Assembly (NCBI GenBank): GCA_965223665.1
Contig: OZ245011.1
Span: 1,184,001-1,248,000, forward strand
Direction of reading: 5' to 3'
Source: Nitrospinaceae bacterium
GTDB lineage: Bacteria; Nitrospinota; Nitrospinia; Nitrospinales; Nitrospinaceae
Length of the DNA: 64,000 bases
The notes beneath the pieces are model-generated. The model was given only the letters and a program-made list of their open reading frames with translations. It ran no database searches and had not been told where the DNA came from. Below are positions 1-8,624 of the stretch, piece after piece. Each line of letters begins with the position of its first letter. Positions within the stretch are counted from its first letter, which is position 1. Both the position numbers and the translations under genes were made by a program.

Positions 1-2
1 TG

Positions 3-776
3 GCAATCGCCATGGAGAGGATCCGCACAGAACTAATTCCAAAAATCAAAACTCTGTGTGCCCAAAAAGTCGGTCTTAAAACACCTTCAACTATTCCAAG
101 CACAAAACCTTTACCCTCCAAAACAGTTCAAAAAGGATTTTCAACTTCTAAGAGATCGAAACTTTCATTACCTCCATCAAAAATCGATATTGTCACAATT
201 GGTGTTTCTACGGGGGGTCCAAATGCACTAGCGGAACTTTTCCCCACGTTTCCAGCAGATTTCCCGGTTCCAATTGTTATGGTTCAGCACATGCCTCCTT
301 ATTTCACAAAACTGCTTGCCGAACGACTTTCAACAAAATCAAAAGTTGAAGTTATCGAAGCAAGTCATGGAATGGTCGTTAAACCTGGTAAAGCTTATAT
401 CGCCCCCGGAAACTACCATATGGTTTTAAAGAGAGATAACAATCAATTGAAAATAGTCACCAACCAGGATCCGCCAGAAAACTCTTGTCGGCCTGCGGTT
501 GATGTATTATTCAGATCGGTAGTGGAACTTTTTGGGAACAAAACTCTAGCCGTTATTTTAACCGGAATGGGACAAGATGGATTGGCAGGCTGTGAAGAAG
601 TTAAGGATAAAGGAGGCCAGGTGATTGTGCAGGATGAAGCTTCCAGTGTGGTATGGGGAATGCCCGGTTTTGTTGCTCGGGCCAATTTAGCTGATAAAAT
701 CTTACCATTAAATCAAATGGGTGAAGAGATAAATCAAAGAAGCCGAAAGGGACGGTTAACCTCTCTTACCTCTTAA
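3..776 (+). CDS. cheB: Chemotaxis protein-glutamate methylesterase CheB (5' part outside the window)
   Basis: Catalytic motifs GVSTGGP, VQHMP, RPAVDVLF and TGMGQDG are present. The frame is open to the window edge, so the N-terminal receiver domain probably lies upstream. Confidence 0.93.
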   Translation, partial: AIAMERIRTELIPKIKTLCAQKVGLKTPSTIPSTKPLPSKTVQKGFSTSKRSKLSLPPSKIDIVTIGVSTGGPNALAELFPTFPADFPVPIVMVQHMPPYFTKLLAERLSTKSKVEVIEASHGMVVKPGKAYIAPGNYHMVLKRDNNQLKIVTNQDPPENSCRPAVDVLFRSVVELFGNKTLAVILTGMGQDGLAGCEEVKDKGGQVIVQDEASSVVWGMPGFVARANLADKILPLNQMGEEINQRSRKGRLTSLTS

Positions 777-799
777 ACCAAAATAAATTCCTGAAGTCT

Positions 800-1318
800 T
801 TAAGCTCCTGGTTTCCTTCCGTGATCACCAGACTTGGACCCGGCAATTTTGAGATGAATGGCACCTTCGGGCAATTCAAAGATCATTTGACGGGTTGGCA
901 TATCCTGAGGAAGTAATGGCTCCACATCATGGCCTCGCATAATGGTTGGCAAGGACATAGCCACTTTTATCCCTTCATTGGCTAATCGAGCCACCAAATC
1001 TCCTGCAAGTACATTTGCTAGTTCTCCAACCACATCTCCCATATCATTACTTTCATACGGAACTTCAAAACCAGTAAACTTCAAAGTTAAGGCTTCCGCT
1101 GATTTCCTAGGCATTGTGAGCATCATCATCCAATTGATATCGCCCATATAAGAAATAATACCAACAACACCTTCTCCATATTTTTTTGAATCCTCAGAGT
1201 CTTCCAGGCAACTTGGTTCAGATCCAAAAATAGTATTAAAAACAGATACCACTGAATTTTTAACTATTGTGCAGAGCTGTTCAGATATTGCTTTTTCAGT
1301 AGATTGAAATGTGGTCAT
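800..1318 (-). CDS. cheX: CheX-family chemotaxis phosphatase
   Basis: ExxN motif (DVVGELANVLAG), GIISYMGD strand and C-terminal SLPTIMRG; lies next to cheY and cheB. Confidence 0.8.
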   Translation of the reverse strand: MTTFQSTEKAISEQLCTIVKNSVVSVFNTIFGSEPSCLEDSEDSKKYGEGVVGIISYMGDINWMMMLTMPRKSAEALTLKFTGFEVPYESNDMGDVVGELANVLAGDLVARLANEGIKVAMSLPTIMRGHDVEPLLPQDMPTRQMIFELPEGAIHLKIAGSKSGDHGRKPGA

Positions 1319-1525
1319 AGCTGTCCTCTATAAAAATATTTGGGACAATTTTAATTAATTAAAATCAAATCCCATTCTTTCGCTATTTGGATTTAACAAT
1401 ATAAATAGCCTAAGTCGACTACTTTTAAATCAAAGAATTCTATTCCAGGTTTTTGAGCTTATATTCTAAATAGAAGGGGTTTTAAGCCATAAGTCAAGAA
1501 AAAAACTCCCTAAACCCCTTGAATT

Positions 1526-1564
1526 AAAAGAGAATTTGCGACTCCCTCGGAGCCACAAATTCCC
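1526..1564 (-). terminator. Intrinsic terminator downstream of cheY
   Basis: Minus-strand RNA GGGAAUUUGUGGCUCC-GAG-GGAGUCGCAAAUUCUC followed by UUUU. Confidence 0.7.
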
Positions 1565-1655
1565 TTTCAGATAGATAGAGAAAACTATTTTTTAAAAATT
1601 GATTACTTAATGATTTCTTGGCAGGATTTTTACAATTGATGCGGACAATGATTCA

Positions 1656-2039
1656 TTAAGGAAAAATTTGTTTAATTTTATCTTCCAATTGGTTTGCATT
1701 AAAAGGTTTTACAATATATTGATTTACTCCAGCTTGAACTGCTTCCATTATTTTTTCTTTATCAGCTTCTGAGGTCACCATCAAAAATGGAGTGCCTTTT
1801 AATCCGCCATCAACACGAACTGCTTTTAAAAATTCTATTCCAGTCATTTTTGGCATATTCCAATCTGAAATCACTAAATCTATTCCGCCCTCGCCTAATT
1901 TCTTTAATCCCATTTGTCCATCTTCAGCATCAGTGATATTCCCATGATCAAATCCCAATTGCTTCAGATTATTTTTTATTATCTGACGCATCACTGAGGA
2001 GTCGTCAACTACCAAAACTTTTTTGGATTCGTAAGCCAT
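1656..2039 (-). CDS. cheY: Chemotaxis response regulator CheY
   Basis: Single receiver domain: VLVVDDS, ISDWNMP, MVTSEA, YIVKPF. Confidence 0.9.
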   Translation of the reverse strand: MAYESKKVLVVDDSSVMRQIIKNNLKQLGFDHGNITDAEDGQMGLKKLGEGGIDLVISDWNMPKMTGIEFLKAVRVDGGLKGTPFLMVTSEADKEKIMEAVQAGVNQYIVKPFNANQLEDKIKQIFP

Positions 2040-2268
2040 GTTTCTGTTTCCTTTTATGACTGGAAAGATTTATGTTTTTTTTATTTTCCACATGAGGCAT
2101 TAACTTTTGAATTAATAATTCTAAAAATTAAACTGCCTTTATACCTATGGTATTTAAAACCCTATATTAACAGTAATTAAACTCTCACTGTAAAAGAGTC
2201 AAGCAAAAATAAATAAGTTCAATCGAGAAAAGCCAAATATAAGGGAAAAAATAAAAGAAGGGATTAAA

Positions 2269-3369
2269 TTAGGCTACTGCAAGATGGGACTGTTCGTAGA
2301 GAGTATCTCTTTGGAGTGGGATCCGACCTGCTTCTTGAATCATTTCAACAATACGGTTTTTTCTAAAAATCTGGTCAGTGGTGGCACCAGCGGCATGAAT
2401 AATTTTTTCCTCCACAACTGTCCCATCCATATCATCTGAACCAAACCCTAAAGACATTTGCGCAATATTCTGAGAAATCATGATCCAGAAAGCCTTTATA
2501 TGAGGGAAATTATCGAGCATTAAACGAGACACAGCCAGTGCACGTATATCCATTTGGCCTGTTGTAGGATGAATGAAATCCAGAGGTGTATTATCAGGAT
2601 GAAACGCTAATGGAATAAACGTTACAAAACCACCTGTTTTATCTTGTAAGTCTCGCAATCGAATTAAATGATCTACACGCTCTTCAATTGTTTCTAAATG
2701 CCCATACAACATGGTGGCATTACTTTTTAGACCAACTGAATGAACGGTTTCGTGAACTTCCAACCAACGTTCCCCTGTTATTTTTTCATTACAGATTTTT
2801 CGTCTTACTCGTTTTGCAAATATTTCAGCTCCGCCTCCCGGAATAGATCCAAGACCAGCTTCTTTCAAATCTAATAAGGTTTCCTTTAGGGGCATTTTTG
2901 CCAGTTGAGCTAAATAATCTAATTCAACCGCAGTAAAGGCTTGAATATGAACTTCAGGGAACCGTTCCTTTAATCCCTTTACCATATCGTAATAGTAAGA
3001 ATAGGGTAAATCTGGGTGTAACCCACCTACAATATGAAACTCACTAACCTTGCCTCTTTCATAAGACTCAGCATCCTTAAAAATTTCTTCAAGGGTTTTT
3101 TCATAGGCATCAGGGCGGTTTTCCTTTGTTCCAAAGGCACAAAATTGGCAACTGTGGAGGCAAATATTAGTCGGGTTTATATGACGATTATGAATAAAAA
3201 ATGCATTGTTCCCATTTAACCGTTCGCGGATTATATTGGCTAAATGACCAACTCCCAAAAGATCTGGTGTTTGGAATAAGACAATACCTTCATCAAAAGA
3301 AAGCCTTTCTCCGTTATAGACCTTTTCAGCAATAGGATTTAATCGTTCATCTAAAAATTCAAACAGCAT
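2269..3369 (-). CDS. mqnE: Aminofutalosine synthase MqnE (radical SAM, CofH/MqnC/MqnE family)
   Basis: CxxxCxxC (CLHSCQFC), HIVGGLHP, IPGGGAEIF, NATMLYGH, FIPLAFHP, DDMDGTVVEEKI; close to a UbiA-like gene. Confidence 0.85.
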   Translation of the reverse strand: MLFEFLDERLNPIAEKVYNGERLSFDEGIVLFQTPDLLGVGHLANIIRERLNGNNAFFIHNRHINPTNICLHSCQFCAFGTKENRPDAYEKTLEEIFKDAESYERGKVSEFHIVGGLHPDLPYSYYYDMVKGLKERFPEVHIQAFTAVELDYLAQLAKMPLKETLLDLKEAGLGSIPGGGAEIFAKRVRRKICNEKITGERWLEVHETVHSVGLKSNATMLYGHLETIEERVDHLIRLRDLQDKTGGFVTFIPLAFHPDNTPLDFIHPTTGQMDIRALAVSRLMLDNFPHIKAFWIMISQNIAQMSLGFGSDDMDGTVVEEKIIHAAGATTDQIFRKNRIVEMIQEAGRIPLQRDTLYEQSHLAVA

Positions 3370-3505
3370 AAGAATTTACACCCGAAAATTTGAAAAAGGG
3401 ATTATACCTGATTCCATCCTAAAAAAGAAACCCAATAAAATAGCTTCAAATGGAGGAATCTTCTTTTCCTCGGAAAAAGGAAAAAAATTTATTCGGCAAA
3501 ATGAA

Positions 3506-3742
3506 TTAAGCAACCTGCTTGGCGAGAAGAACCCCAGTAGACCATCCACTTGAGGTCAATGGGCTCCTGGGGTCCTTCCCGCCATTTAGCAATTCCCGTT
3601 CGATCCGCTTGTTTTTTGCTCGTTTATAAACCTTTATAGAAGGCTTTACCTGCAACCGATATTGTCCATTGCTTAATGATTGAGCAACAGGATTTTCTTT
3701 TTGTAAAACCATTTTCTTTCCTTTTGACTTTTGTCGTTTCAT
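3506..3742 (-). CDS. Small basic protein, candidate ArfA-like alternative ribosome-rescue factor
   Basis: Strong SD (AAGGAG) before the ATG. 78 aa, Lys/Arg-rich, with a NPVAQSL..YRLQVK..KVYKRAKNK core and a hydrophobic tail TGVLLAKQVA; an RNA hairpin lies in its 3' coding region. Confidence 0.6.
   Translation of the reverse strand: MKRQKSKGKKMVLQKENPVAQSLSNGQYRLQVKPSIKVYKRAKNKRIERELLNGGKDPRSPLTSSGWSTGVLLAKQVA
3520..3584 (-). promoter_or_regulatory. Long intragenic mRNA hairpin (RNase III-type substrate candidate) in the ArfA-like gene
   Basis: UGGCGGGAAGGACCCCAG pairs with CUGGGGUUCUUCUCGCCA (18 bp, two G-U), extended by AG/CU and CCAU/AUGG. No U-tract follows. Confidence 0.7.
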
Positions 3743-3760
3743 AGACAGTCTCCTTTTCGA

Positions 3761-4627
3761 TTAAATCCAAAGGCAGTCAACAATGACTACTGACATTAAT
3801 AATACACTAATTATCCCATTAACATTAAAAAAGGCCAAATTTACCTTGGATAAATCCTTACTACTCACCAGCGAATGTTCGTACCATAATAATCCACCAA
3901 CAACCAAAACTCCTATTAAGTATCCCATTTCCAAACCAGGATGTACTAGCAAAATAAGTAAAAAAATAATCATTAACCCATGTGACATCAAAGCAATAGA
4001 TAAAGCGCGATCCACACCATAGCTTTGAGGTATGGAAAAAAGATTATTTTTTTTATCAGATTCATAATCCAAGCAAGAATATATGATATCAAAACCAATC
4101 AACCAAAAAACAACTGCCGTTCCCAATACTAAAGAAATAATTGAGATTTCTTCCCTAATAGCTACCCACGCTCCAACAGGGGCCACCGACAAGGCTAAGC
4201 CTAAAAAGAAATGGGAATACGGTGTAAAACGCTTGGTCAAAGAATAGAAAAAAACAATTGCAAGTGCCAACGGTGAAAGTAATAAAGCTAAGTGATTTAA
4301 CCTTCCACTCGCCCAAACAAATATCGCAGCAGATACCACTAAAAAAATTATATATTGCGGCGTTCCGGTTTTCCCTGCAGGCAACGCCCGACCTTCTGTC
4401 CGTGGATTTCTGGAATCTATCCGTGCATCGACAAGCCGATTGAAGGCCATTGCACTATTTCGTGCAAAAAACATACAAACTATGATCCATCCCAATTTAT
4501 CCCAATCTGGTAAACCTTCTGCTGCCAAAAAGGCACTCATTATCGCAAATGGCAAAGCAAATATTGTGTGCTGAATCTTAATATCCGCAAAAATGACTTT
4601 TAATTGTTTAAAAAATGAACGTACCAC
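3761..4627 (-). CDS. UbiA-family prenyltransferase (MqnP-like, futalosine menaquinone pathway)
   Basis: HTIFALPFA, AMAFNRLVDARIDSRNPRT and GFDIIYSCLD Asp-rich motifs; multiple TM helices; GTG start. Confidence 0.85.
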   Translation of the reverse strand: MVRSFFKQLKVIFADIKIQHTIFALPFAIMSAFLAAEGLPDWDKLGWIIVCMFFARNSAMAFNRLVDARIDSRNPRTEGRALPAGKTGTPQYIIFLVVSAAIFVWASGRLNHLALLLSPLALAIVFFYSLTKRFTPYSHFFLGLALSVAPVGAWVAIREEISIISLVLGTAVVFWLIGFDIIYSCLDYESDKKNNLFSIPQSYGVDRALSIALMSHGLMIIFLLILLVHPGLEMGYLIGVLVVGGLLWYEHSLVSSKDLSKVNLAFFNVNGIISVLLMSVVIVDCLWI

Positions 4628-4882
4628 AACAAAATATTCTTTTAGTTTTAAGTCGATGAAAAATGATTATAAAGTCTTTAAAGGAAATAGGGAAAATATG
4701 AATGCAATTATTTTCTTCACTTCTTATCCCAATTCACTGACCAAAATTATTTTCTATTAAGACTCATAGTATCTAATCTTGGTTAATTTAGAAAAAATTG
4801 ACCCAAAATGACCTTTACCCGAAAATAGGTATCACATGATAATAAGTATGGATTTATCAAAACCAAGAAGGAGGAAAATTGG

Positions 4883-5254
4883 ATGAAAAAGTTTATTCTA
4901 ATAATTGTAACAATATTTCTATTTCAAGGGATTGCACAAGCGGATGATGAAAATAACAAAGAAAAAAATATCAATCAGGTTAAAGATCAAATTTTAAAGC
5001 ACACAGATAAAAAGATTTCCATTCTCTCTAGCTTTAAATCTTGTGTAAGTTCTGCCAGTTCTAAGGATGATATAAAGTCTTGTCATCAAGAAAAAAAGAA
5101 TTCAATGAAAGCTGTAAAAAAAGAAAACAAAGAAAGGAGAAAAGAATTTCGAAAAGGCAAAAAAAGAGGAAAAGGAAGAAGGAATAAAGGTCGCAAAAAT
5201 AAAGATGACGATGATAACGAAAATGATGACGACGACGAAAAAAATGATGACTAA
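4883..5254 (+). CDS. Secreted hypothetical protein with a Cys pair and a basic-then-acidic tail
   Basis: SD AGGAGG; signal peptide ending AQA; followed by a terminator-like hairpin. Confidence 0.7.
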   Translation: MKKFILIIVTIFLFQGIAQADDENNKEKNINQVKDQILKHTDKKISILSSFKSCVSSASSKDDIKSCHQEKKNSMKAVKKENKERRKEFRKGKKRGKGRRNKGRKNKDDDDNENDDDDEKNDD

Positions 5255-5303
5255 AAATTGATGAATTAAACAATAACTTATTGCCCTTTCAAAGAACCCT
5301 AAA

Positions 5304-5340
5304 ATCCGGGGAGCAACCTACTCCCCGGATATCTTTCCTT
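5304..5340 (+). terminator. Probable intrinsic terminator
   Basis: ATCCGGGGAG-caaccta-CTCCCCGGAT (10-bp stem) followed by a pyrimidine-rich tract. Confidence 0.6.
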
Positions 5341-5509
5341 AAAATACCCCCTCAAAAATCAAATTAAGACTTTCTTTAGACACTTCTTTAAACTTAGAAA
5401 AAATTAGGTCCTATGTTATAAATGTCCAAATAATTTGAAAGCGTATGACCAATTGAATGAGCTTGGACTCTAAAATTTTTTTCTTTATTTTTTCAACTGA
5501 ATTCAAACT

Positions 5510-7258
5510 ATGAAAAATATTAAACGCATTTTCCAGTTATTAATTCCTTACAAAATACCTCTTCTCTATGGAAGCTTATTATTAGTTCTTGCCTCAGTTA
5601 CAAATTTAATCGTCCCCTTATTTGTAAAAGAACTGGTGGATGTAGTCATGGTTCAAAAGAATTTGGACTTGCTAAATAAGATGGCCTGGATGATTGGCTT
5701 TGTTTTTCTTTTACAAATGATATTTTCTACGGCACACAACTACTTATATGACGTAACCGAAAAACGAGTCATTACCGATTTTCGAAAAATGATATTTGAG
5801 CATTTGCATAAACTTTCTCTTAGTTTTTTTGTTAAACGCCGAACCGGAGAAATTGTTTCTCGTATGACCAATGATGTCTCAACTGTAGAAGGAGTTGTCA
5901 CTGATTTACCTGCAACTGTTCTTCAACAATCTATTCGTCTGTTTGGCGGCATAGTTATTATCATATATATGAATTGGCGGCTTACCTTTATGATATTAGT
6001 GCTCGCCCCAATTCTCGTATTATTCGCTAAAGTTTTCGGCAAAAAATTAAAAAACTTATCCAAAGAAATTCAAGATAAACTGGCCGTCTGCACTACGGTT
6101 TTGGAAGAAAATGTAAGTGGCATTCAGGTTGTGAAATCTTTTGTTCGACAAAAACTGGAGATTAATCGATTTTCCGATGCCGTTGAAGAAAGCTTTGAAA
6201 CCGCAAAAAAGCGAGTAAAAATTTCAGCATTCTTTGGTCCCACCATTGGTTTTATTGCCTTCTCTACGGCCTTAGTTTTACTTTGGTATGGCGGCAAAGA
6301 GGTTATCCAAGGTAGCATTAGTCCCGGAGATCTAATAGCATTTATTCTTTACGCAACCATAATTGCCGGCCCCATGGGTAGCTTCGCCAGGTTATACACT
6401 AGAATTCAAGAGGGATTGGGAGCTTCCGAGCGCATATTTGAAATTCTCGACACAGAACCTGAAATCAAAGATATAAACCATGCGAAACCTCTGCCAACAA
6501 TTAAGGGAAAAGTCGAAATTAAGAACTTGGAATTTCATTACCGAGAAGATCAACCTGTATTAAGGGGAATCAATTTTTCTGCAAACCCGGGTGAGATGGT
6601 GGCTTTAGTGGGACCCAGTGGCGCTGGAAAAACAACTTTTGTCCAATTGCTACACCGTTTCTACGATCCCACAAAGGGAGACATCTTGGTGGACGGATTA
6701 AACATCAAGGAGGTGCAGCTTTCCAGTTATTGTCAACAAATAGGATTGGTACCGCAGGAGACCTTGCTCTTTGGAGGAACCATTGAGGAGAATATTCGTT
6801 ACGCAAAACCTGAATCTTCACGGGAAGAAATAGTGGATGCCGCCAAGTCGGCCAATGCCCACGCTTTTATAGAAGAATGTCCCGAAGGCTATCAAACTAT
6901 TGTAGGAGAAAAAGGAATCCGATTATCTGCAGGCCAAAGGCAACGGATCGCAATTGCTCGCGCTATTCTTAAAAACCCTCACATTCTTATTTTGGATGAG
7001 GCCACTTCTTCCCTCGACAACGAATCGGAAAAATTAATTCAAGAGGCTTTAGAACGGTTAATGGAGGGAAAAACCTCTTTTGTTATTGCGCACCGATTAT
7101 CGACCATTCACAATGCCGACAAAATCATTGTAATGGACCGAGGAGAAATTGTAGAAACCGGGACTCACGAAACCCTCATGGAGAAAAAAGGACTTTACCA
7201 TTACCTCTATACCCTCAAATCTCTCCAAGGAGAGCAAACCTCTCAGTTAACGGGTTAG
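5510..7258 (+). CDS. ABC exporter, fused permease/ATPase (MsbA-like)
   Basis: N-terminal TM domain; Walker A GPSGAGKT, signature LSAGQRQR, Walker B ILILDEAT, H-loop IAHRLST. Confidence 0.9.
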   Translation: MKNIKRIFQLLIPYKIPLLYGSLLLVLASVTNLIVPLFVKELVDVVMVQKNLDLLNKMAWMIGFVFLLQMIFSTAHNYLYDVTEKRVITDFRKMIFEHLHKLSLSFFVKRRTGEIVSRMTNDVSTVEGVVTDLPATVLQQSIRLFGGIVIIIYMNWRLTFMILVLAPILVLFAKVFGKKLKNLSKEIQDKLAVCTTVLEENVSGIQVVKSFVRQKLEINRFSDAVEESFETAKKRVKISAFFGPTIGFIAFSTALVLLWYGGKEVIQGSISPGDLIAFILYATIIAGPMGSFARLYTRIQEGLGASERIFEILDTEPEIKDINHAKPLPTIKGKVEIKNLEFHYREDQPVLRGINFSANPGEMVALVGPSGAGKTTFVQLLHRFYDPTKGDILVDGLNIKEVQLSSYCQQIGLVPQETLLFGGTIEENIRYAKPESSREEIVDAAKSANAHAFIEECPEGYQTIVGEKGIRLSAGQRQRIAIARAILKNPHILILDEATSSLDNESEKLIQEALERLMEGKTSFVIAHRLSTIHNADKIIVMDRGEIVETGTHETLMEKKGLYHYLYTLKSLQGEQTSQLTG

Positions 7259-7401
7259 TTTTATTTTTCAGAAGACACCCTTTACAGCCAAAACTATAAA
7301 AATTAAAATAATTATTGAGAAAGAAATTTTTATTTCCGCGGGATAAATACAACCCTCTTGCAAATTTTAATTTAACAGTTATCCAATCAACTAAATAAAC
7401 G

Positions 7402-8145
7402 ATGGAAAACATTTCCTGGCCAATTACCACCTTAATAACCATTGGTTTAGGTTTAATGATCCTTGAACGGCCAATTCCCAACCACAAGCTTCCCCAGGTA
7501 ACAGGCTGGTGGCTTCGAGTGATTATAATTAATCTCGCTCAAATAGGTATTGTGGTTTTAGGGGGAATCACATGGGAAATTTGGTTCCAAGGCTCAAGTT
7601 TATTCCACTTGGATTCCTTACCAAACCCGGTCAGCGCTCTATTCGCATACTTACTTATAACATTTGTTTACTACTGGTGGCATAAATGGCGCCACGACTC
7701 AAATTTTCTTTGGTTGACGCTTCACCAAATTCACCATAGCCCGCAACGAATAGAAACAATCACTTCATTTTATAAACACCCCTTAGAAATTTTAATCAAT
7801 TCAATTATCATTAGCTTCGTAACTTACTCTGTATTAGGCTTATCGTTAGAAGCTGGTGCATGGGTAACCGTTTATACTGGGATCGCCGAATTTTTCTACC
7901 ACATGAATATTAGAACTCCCTATTGGGCGGGTTATTTCATTCAAAGACCCGAAAGCCACCGCATTCATCATGAAAGGTCACGACATTATAAAAATTTTTC
8001 AGATCTCCCAATATGGGACATTCTTTTTGGAACTTTCGAAAATCCTAAGCGAAGGGTACACTGTGGTTTTAAATCTTCTCGAGAGCAAAAGTTTGTAAAA
8101 ATGCTCCTGTTTAAAAATGTAAATAATCCTTTGCAAAAAAAATGA
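7402..8145 (+). CDS. Fatty acid hydroxylase / sterol desaturase family membrane di-iron enzyme
   Basis: His boxes HKWRH, HQIHH, YHMN and HRIHH; C-terminal WDILFGTF. Confidence 0.88.
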   Translation: MENISWPITTLITIGLGLMILERPIPNHKLPQVTGWWLRVIIINLAQIGIVVLGGITWEIWFQGSSLFHLDSLPNPVSALFAYLLITFVYYWWHKWRHDSNFLWLTLHQIHHSPQRIETITSFYKHPLEILINSIIISFVTYSVLGLSLEAGAWVTVYTGIAEFFYHMNIRTPYWAGYFIQRPESHRIHHERSRHYKNFSDLPIWDILFGTFENPKRRVHCGFKSSREQKFVKMLLFKNVNNPLQKK

Positions 8146-8624
8146 AACCTCAAAAATTCTCATTTTATTTTCTAATTTTAATTGGATGTTTACAGTTTCT
8201 AGGAATAGCATTAGGATCAAAACAACTTAAAGGTTTAGGGTTAGCGACCGTTGCATCTCCATTACCATTAGTCTTTTCACATTTTCGTAATCATGAAACC
8301 TTTGCAGCCGATTTTCATATTTTTCTAACCCAACAAAACAAGATTATTTACGAAAAACAAATAACCCCAAAGTTATACAGCAATTTGCAGGGCCCTTATA
8401 ATCGACGGAATATTTATGGCGCCGTATTTTCCTATGGCCCGCATTTAAATCAGGCCGGTGAAAAAAAATTAGTGCAAACAGCTCTAAAAAACGCCTTTTG
8501 TAATAACGGGTTTTTAGCAAAGGAGTTTCAACTTCCCCAACTCTTCGATCTTGCAAAAATTCATATTAGAACTAAAACAAAGAATAAAGAACAAACATTT
8601 AAACTAGAAGTTTCCTGCTTGTGA
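8142..8624 (+). CDS. Conserved hypothetical membrane-anchored protein
   Basis: ATGA overlap with the upstream gene and GTGA overlap with the downstream gene; N-terminal hydrophobic helix; motifs ASPLPLVFS and GPYNRRNIYGA. Confidence 0.75.
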   Translation: MKPQKFSFYFLILIGCLQFLGIALGSKQLKGLGLATVASPLPLVFSHFRNHETFAADFHIFLTQQNKIIYEKQITPKLYSNLQGPYNRRNIYGAVFSYGPHLNQAGEKKLVQTALKNAFCNNGFLAKEFQLPQLFDLAKIHIRTKTKNKEQTFKLEVSCL

